From positions 88,288,001 through 88,352,000 of the forward strand of contig OZ024741.1 in NCBI GenBank assembly GCA_964016885.1: a stretch of DNA of 64,000 bases, given 5' to 3'. Under the pieces are notes generated by a model, which worked only from the letters and a program-made list of their open reading frames with translations, did no database searches and was not told the DNA's origin. The position numbers and the translations under genes were made by a program. Below are positions 56,940 through 64,000 of this stretch, in pieces; position 1 is the first letter of the stretch; the number at the start of each line of letters is the position of its first letter. The DNA is from Eledone cirrhosa. Lineage: Eukaryota.

Positions 56940-57930
56940 CCCTTTTGTTACGATATTTCTAATGAGATACAGTGCCTGTATATTTCCAATAATTTTGAGA
57001 AGAAAAAGAATTTGGAAGGATTTAGTAATATAACTAACTTTCTTATTATTAAGCTGATGTTTGGAACATAACTTAACCCTTTAGCATTTAAACCAGCTGT
57101 ATCTGGCCAGAATTCTCTCACCTCTCTTTATGTTCAAACTGGCTATAACCAGCCACTCATACTGATGTTAAGGTATTGTTCTCAAAATAAATAATATCAA
57201 AATCCCATAGATTTGATATGTGGGATAATTATCTATATATATATAACTGAGGATGTCTGTGTGTGTGTTTGAATCCCTAAAACTAGAGAAGCACCCAACC
57301 GACTGTAATACTTATGTTTCAGGGAGTGTTCTGAGCCAAAAAAAATTCCTATTTTCAATGCCCTAGGGACCGCATTAGGCAATTTCGCGATCTCTCTCTA
57401 TAATTCTTAGTCTTTCTCTTTTTAGATAGATACATACATATAACGTCGCGCCCTTATAATATCTGTCTGTCTGCATTACATCCCTTCCTACAATTCGCTC
57501 TGCGTCCAGAACGCGCCCTTATAATATCTGTCTGTATGTCTGGCTGTCTGCTGCCTCCGGTTATTCTGCCACCCTTGCTGAAGACAAATCTCACACTCAT
57601 TCCCCAAACAGTTGGTAAGTGCACACAATTTCTTCCTCACGTTTTAAGCCACAGTGTTGCTTACTTACGTACACCCAGACTCTTACTTCTTTGCCAGCCA
57701 TGGTTGTGGTAATACTAAGCTTAACTAAGGCGGTTATATATTTCACAATACCTTATCCCGTGCAACGCCGGGTACCACTGTTAGTGTGAAATAAAACCTT
57801 TACCATGAAAATATGATAGTATATGTAGAGTAATGTAAATGCTAAAGGGTTAAGCTGATGTTTAAAATATAACAAAAGGTTCTAAGATAAAATTATGATG
57901 GGATGTTTTTAGAAAAATACAAACACTTTA
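56940..57930. mobile_element. piggyBac MITE A remnant containing MITE B (57077-57849), itself interrupted by a Helitron
   Basis: TTAA-CCC starts at 56940 and 57077; GGG-TTAA end at 57849. Confidence 0.75.
57232..57784 (+). mobile_element. Non-autonomous Helitron
   Basis: A|TC 5' end, subterminal hairpin CCCGTGCAACGCCGGG (57757-57772), TTAG|T 3' end (CTAG variant), no TSD. The host MITE sequence rejoins across it. Confidence 0.75.
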
Positions 57931-58953
57931 TTTATCCACCCTTGAGAGATGAAAGGTAAATCTGTCCTCAGCGAGTTTTGAACTCAGAATGCAAAAATCT
58001 GAAACAATTATCACAAGGCATTTACCAAACACTTTGGCAATTCTGCCAATCAACAGCCCTGAAATAATTAAATATTTTTTACACTCTCCTTTCCTAGTGT
58101 CTTATCATTTCAGGAAATTAATCTCCTGGCAAGAAGTGGAAAGAAAATTACCATGCAGAAAAAATAAATGACCAAAGTGGGTTGCATTGTCTCTTCAAAT
58201 AAAAACTTTCTATTTTAACACTGCTCCAAGGTGAACAAGTTGACAAATCTACCAATTTACTGGCCAACATTTTTTCAAATCCATTACTGCACTGTATCTG
58301 TGTGTGTGGAGTGTGAGGGGTGGGGTACATTGGCGGGGGTGGAGGTAGTGTTACTTTGTTTTTTCATGTTCAGGTGTAGTGAAATAGAATATGAAATAGA
58401 CCTACATAGGTTTCAATGACGAAATGATGATGATGATGATGATTACTCTATATACACTATAGTATCTTTGTGGTAAAGGTTTTACGTGATTTTGATGTTA
58501 TTTATTTTGAGAACAATGCCTTAACATCAGTATGAGCAGACATTTATGGCCAGTTTGAACAGAAAGAGGCGAGAGAATTCTGACCGGATATGGCCAGTTT
58601 AAATGCTAAAGGTTTAAATGAATATGGCCTTCACAATGGTTGGAAATTAGTAATAAATCATTATGTAATGGGGATGTGAAACAAAAACTATACTTTAAAC
58701 GATACTTAAAACATTTTAAATATCAAAATATCGAAACTTCATAAATATGTTCTCCACTCACGAGAATTTCAAAACTACACCATCCAAACAACCAAATGTC
58801 AGATCCTTTCTTCTCACTTTATTCAGCATTGTTCATATTTTTGTGCATATGTTTTGTCAACTACGTCTTCTTTCTTCACTTTTTTCCACTATTTATTTAC
58901 TTTGTTTTAAACCATTACATTTTAACTGTTTGCTCCCTTGACTTTTTGTATTT

Positions 58954-59060
58954 ACTAGCAGGTAGTGGTTATGCCGCTACCTGTTCCTAGTCTCAAAATC
59001 CCTGATCTATCGCATCGTCTTCCTCAGAAACAGGTAGCGACATAACTACTATCTGCTAGT
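58954..59060. repeat. Foldback palindrome with about 35-bp arms
   Basis: actagcaggtagtggttatgccgctacctgtt pairs with aacaggtagcgacataactactatctgctagt. Confidence 0.8.
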
Positions 59061-59431
59061 CAATATATTGATCCACCATGATCAACCTTCTGAAATGATC
59101 GTAAAACAACGAACTAATTAACAACCTATCTTTGACTTTTGTTTTATTTTCATTATTCGACACACGCATATATATATATAAATGACTCTGTGACTTGAGC
59201 AGAGGTTTCAAGGAATGCAATAAGCATCTACTACAAAAACTATAGCACTCATTGCTTAATCTCGCTGAAACTATCTCTGCAAGGTCTCATTCAGTTCTAA
59301 CAACATTCTAACAACACAAATAGGTGGAAACACCAATCATCATCATCATACGATATATGGCTCTTTCTCTCTCTATATATACATATATTTTTTTTATTTG
59401 GTTACATACATACAAACATATATATATATAT

Positions 59432-60505
59432 CATCATCATCATCACCGTTTTACGTCTGTTCTTCAACGCTAGCATGGGTTAGACGGGTTGTCCTGTTGT
59501 GGGCAGTGTCCAGTCGGCTGACCTTGTCTTGCTCATACAGGAACTGATTCTAGCTTGATTTCTACAGCCGGATGCCCTTCCTAACACCAACCTCATTTAC
59601 AGTGAGTGCTGGGTGCTTTTTTTCCGTGGCGCCAACACGTCCACTTTACAGTGTGGGCTGGGTGCTTTTATGCCATGGCGCCTACACGACCACTTTGCAG
59701 TGGAAGGGTGTGGGGGCATATTGTCTATATGCTTCAGCTTCGGCTTGTTCCTGTGGGAAGTCGGGTCTTCTGTATTACTGCGTGACGCCAGAGGTCACGG
59801 TCGTGTGTCATTGCCCTTGAGAGGTGCAATTGGGTCAGGTCGGCTTTTATCACTTCATCCCAGGTCTTCTTGGGTCTCCCCACTCCACAGCTTCCATCGA
59901 CTTCTAGTGCTCTGCACCTTTTTATGCAGCTGTCATCCTTTATACGCATCACATGTCCATACCAACGTAACCTCCTCTCCTGCACACAGCATTTGATTCC
60001 TCTTATGCTCAGTCTCTCTCTCAATTCGTTTATGCTTTGCTGTTCGCGTATATTACTATTACACATCCATCAGAGCATGCAAGCTACATTTCTTTCTAAT
60101 CTGCGCAAGTCTTCTACAGACAGCGCCCAGGTTTCACTACCATATAGCATTGTTGTTCGTATACATGCATCATACAGTCTGCCTTTCATTTTGAGGGAAA
60201 AGCCTTTTGCAGCTAGCAGTGGCAGTAGTTCCCTGAACTTCTTCCATCCCGTTCTTACTCTAGTTATTGTACTTCCCAAACACCCACCTCCGCTGCTAAT
60301 TCGGTCACCTAGGTAGCGGAAGCTGTCTACTGTTTTTACAGAGCCCTCCCAGAATTTGGTGGTGCTTGTTTCCTGTGGTCGTTTGCTGCTTGCTGTCCCA
60401 GCACAGCTGCTACATATGAAGCCTACATTCTTAGTTAAACTTCCTGAGATCCCACTACATCTCTTGTGTACCCATTGTTTGCATTTGGGGCAGAGGATGG
60501 AGTTC

Positions 60506-60507
<2 letters not shown>
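59432..60507 (-). mobile_element. RTE LINE 3' fragment (second subfamily) including part of the PHD-type finger
   Basis: RVRTGWKKFRELLPLL..LYGSETW..RRLRWYGHV with an internal stop. Confidence 0.9.
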
Positions 60508-60539
<32 letters not shown>

Positions 60540-60543
<4 letters not shown>

Positions 60544-61395
60544 TAATGGGCCAAGTTATGAAAGTGATGGAAAGAGTTATAGTGCAACTAATTAGAGAAA
60601 GAATCAAATTAGACAAGATGCAATTTGGTTTTATACTCGGGAAAAGTACTACAGATGCCTTCTTTTTAGTAAGGCAATTACAAGAGAGCTTCCTAGCTAC
60701 TATACCTAGCTTTCGTTGATTTAGAAAAGGCATTTGGCAGAGTACTTCAATCTATTATCTGGTAGTCCTTAAGGAAATTAGGTGTAGAAGGGTGGTTTGT
60801 GAGAGCATTGCAAGCCATGTACAGAGAAGCTGTCAGCAAAATGAGAGTAGGTAGTGAGTTTGTGAAGAATTCAATGTTCAAATTAGGCTTCATCATGGTT
60901 CGGTTCTTATCCCACAACTACCCATTACAGTTCTCTAGGCTATAAACAGAGGAGTTTTAGACTTTGTATGTAGAAGATGCAGAGGGGTAATTGAGAAGAA
61001 GTGATATAAATTTATTCCAGTCACAGGAAGGAGCCATAGAAGTGGTTAATATCTTCTGCTATTTATGCAACAGAATTAGCAATGGAAGAGGGTATTCTGA
61101 GAGCATAATAGCTAGAAGAAGGATAGGAAGGAAAACATTTACAGAGCTACTCCCACTGTTGACCACAAAAGGTTTCTCCCTATGTACAAAAGGACGACTG
61201 TGTGACACTTGTGTGCAAAGTGCAATGCTGCATGGTAGTGAAACATGGGCTGTGACTGCAGAGGACATGTGTAAACTGAAAAGAAATGAAGCAACCATGC
61301 TCCATTGGATGTGCAATGTAAGTGTGATAGAAAGGTAGAGCTTGGACAAGTTGAGGGAGAAGCTGGTTTAAGAGGAATCCGAGGTGGTGTGCACT
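60540..61395 (+). mobile_element. Old, frameshifted RTE LINE RT fragment
   Basis: VMKVMERVIVQLIRERIKLDKMQFGF..STTDA..LHGSETW. Confidence 0.8.
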
Positions 61396-64000
61396 GCTAA
61401 GATTAGTACAACAATCAATTTCTTTCCTTTCTCTTGTCTATCCCTTACTTTCTCCTCCCTTTCAGTTTTCATCTCCATATTTGCCCACCTACCTCCAGTT
61501 TTATGGTTTCCTACCACTTTGACTTTGTTCTAATTATGTTATTTTCATTCTCTGATAAAGGGCTCAATTGAAAATATTAGATAATTCCTCTCTCTATTCA
61601 ACCATACACCATCACAAGGATGTTAGATAAGAAAATTAATACTTTTCAAACTCAGGACCTGAGAACTATATTTAACCTCTTCAGTGCCATAGATGAGATA
61701 ACTCGTCCAAACATGTTTGAACTCCTTTCCAACATTTCATAACTTCAAAGTTATGAACTTGTTTCCAACAGTTCATAACTTCAAAGCTAGATGGGGTTAC
61801 TACTTTATTAATGTGACGTTTGTCAATCAAAATATTCATTTTACTGGAAAAAAAAAACCAGCACAGAAACTATCCCTGTGTAAAATATACACAGCAGTTA
61901 ACAGATTAATGTCAGCAGAATAAACCATGTCACCAATCAAAACAATTTACTTGTCCGATGACAATGACGATGATGATGATGATGATCAAAATTCTACTTT
62001 TACTTCTATATAGACAAAACAGCCTTTTGTTTTTAACTCTATATATGTTATTTGTAGTGGCTTAAGTTGTAATGTCAGAGATAAATGAAGGCAATAGATT
62101 GTTAAAATCAGTTAGTTGAGTGTTGGACAGAGTATCTTGTGGTATTTAGTAAATTCTCTCTATGTGATTAGGAAGGTGTTAGAAAAGGCATAAACCAGTA
62201 TAATAAATGCCAAAATTATGAGTACAATGTAAAATGATGATCAATCAGCCTACTAGAGATAGCAGTAAATTTCTCTCAAATTGCATGCGAGTCTTAAAAA
62301 AGAAGGGCACAGTGGATACACATGATTAATCAGCTTGCTAGAAAAAGCAGCAAATCTCCTCTACATCACACACTACTTTCTTGAAAAAGAAGGGCATATT
62401 GTATACACAATAATTCCCAAGGAAAAGGACAGGACAGTCATTGCAGGTGTGTCTGTCATGATAGGCCTGCTTAGCCAGAGCTGATTTTAGACTAAACAAA
62501 AACAACGACAACAATGACAACTAAGTCATACTGATTCTAGTTTCTATAAAAACAGATCTATATTACTGGTAAAATTCCTCATCAATCCTACCTACTCACC
62601 TACTCAAAGAATTTACGCTAAAATACATCTGAAGGGTAAATACTAGTAGATATATGAACATACAGTGTTATATGTACTAATAACAGCACTGTTTGTTGCT
62701 GTTGTTATTAATGATGGTGGTGGGGTTGTGGTGGTGGTGGGGTTGTGGTATGTAATAGAGTCAGGGTTACTACTGTGAAGAGAATGTTCTGGCTCTTGCT
62801 GGATTATTATGTAACATTGTATATCAGCATCTCCTGCTTACTTTTCATGTAATTTGATGATCTGAATGATTCAAGTAGTAGTGGTAGTGATGATGAGAAG
62901 GAGGTGGAAGAGGAGGAAGATGATGATCGAGATAATCATGAGGAGGAGGAGGAGGATGATAATGATGATGAAAATTGTACTTTCGCTTCCAAACAGCTAT
63001 TTTTTAAAGTGGTTTAAGTTGTAATGTCAGAGGCAATTGAAGGAGGTTGAATGGCTGATATAGGGTCTTGCCATATTTAGTTACATCTTTTTATGTTCTA
63101 ATTCAAAATCCCATCAAGGCTGACTTTTATCCTTCTGACAGTTGATAGAACAAGCACCAGTTAAGTACATGGTTGATGTAATTGACTATACTTTCTCCCA
63201 AAATATGTGGCCTTGTGCCTATGTTAGAAATTATTATTATTATTATTGGCAGTATCGGAAGAATGTCAGACTATGCTTTGTGGCATAGAGTTACAACCCT
63301 TTAAATTCTGAGTTCGAATCCCGCCAAGGTTAACTTTGCCTTTCATCCTTACGGGTTTGATAAAATAAAGTACCAGTAATGCACTGGGGTGTTTTAATCG
63401 ACTTTCCCACCACCCCCAAAACTGTTGGCCTTGTGCCTAAATCAGAAACTATTATTATTGATAGAGCATCAGATGAAATGCTTTGTAATATTTAGTTACG
63501 ACTTTCTGTTTTCAGTTCAAATCCTTCCAGGGGTCAATAAAATAAAATACCAATAAAAGCAACTTTAATTATAGAAAAAAATCAATGGATATAATTAAAA
63601 TATTCAACACAATGAAATAAGTTTAAGTGTTACACTTTAAACAACCTTAACTATGAAACAAAATATAAATAAGAAAATTTATGAAATATGGAATTTCCAT
63701 GGGTTCCACTAGTTAATACTATAAGGATAAATAATGCTTTTGATATACTTTACTACAGAATATTTCTAAGAAGGGATCTTCAGTTGAGTCAATGACAGCA
63801 ACCTTTCTAGTGCTGGTCCCACAACAAATGTACCCAGTACACCCTATCAGGTAGTTGGCCATAGGGAAGGTATGCCTCTGTAGAAATCATGCCAAAGGGG
63901 GTCTAGAGGACTCTTTAGTTGTTTCTGGGGTATGTCAACCTCTCTAGAGTTGGTGATCTGCATGATAAATGATCACCCAGTACACTCAGTAAAGTGGTTG

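Noticed and set aside
56091-64000. Search for the ANKRD29-like start and first-repeat exons, including a GTAAGT donor-like site near 56910
   Set aside because: No ankyrin-like frame with splice sites found by eye. The exons probably lie beyond the window, though a very short exon could have been missed.

Overview
AT-rich, repeat-dense animal genomic DNA. The SINE, RTE-LINE and microsatellite landscape suggests a coleoid cephalopod such as Octopus; this is an inference. The only clear host gene is a minus-strand ANKRD29-like ankyrin-repeat gene. Seven coding exons lie between 56090 and 26277, all phase 0 with GT-AG sites, giving 300 aa plus stop. They include a 24.8-kb intron, and the start exon(s) were not found. 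The rest is (TA)n microsatellite, three minisatellites, RTE and CR1/L2 LINE fragments, tRNA-derived SINEs, piggyBac- and hAT-type MITEs, a Helitron and possible LTR remnants. The most notable signal is a set of (TA)n-embedded elements with hammerhead-ribozyme motifs. One is a 597-bp head-to-tail tandem unit (3402-4627) with a type I hammerhead showing a U3-A8 core covariation and a palindromic stem III (retrozyme-like). Another is a Penelope-like GIY-YIG fragment between inverted hammerhead-bearing pLTRs (53516-54236). Several long foldback palindromes also occur. Two further observations are a SINE whose body is replaced by an ankyrin-coding fragment, and an inverted repeat pair bracketing five in-frame ankyrin exons. 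Most supplied ORFs are spurious repeat translations.
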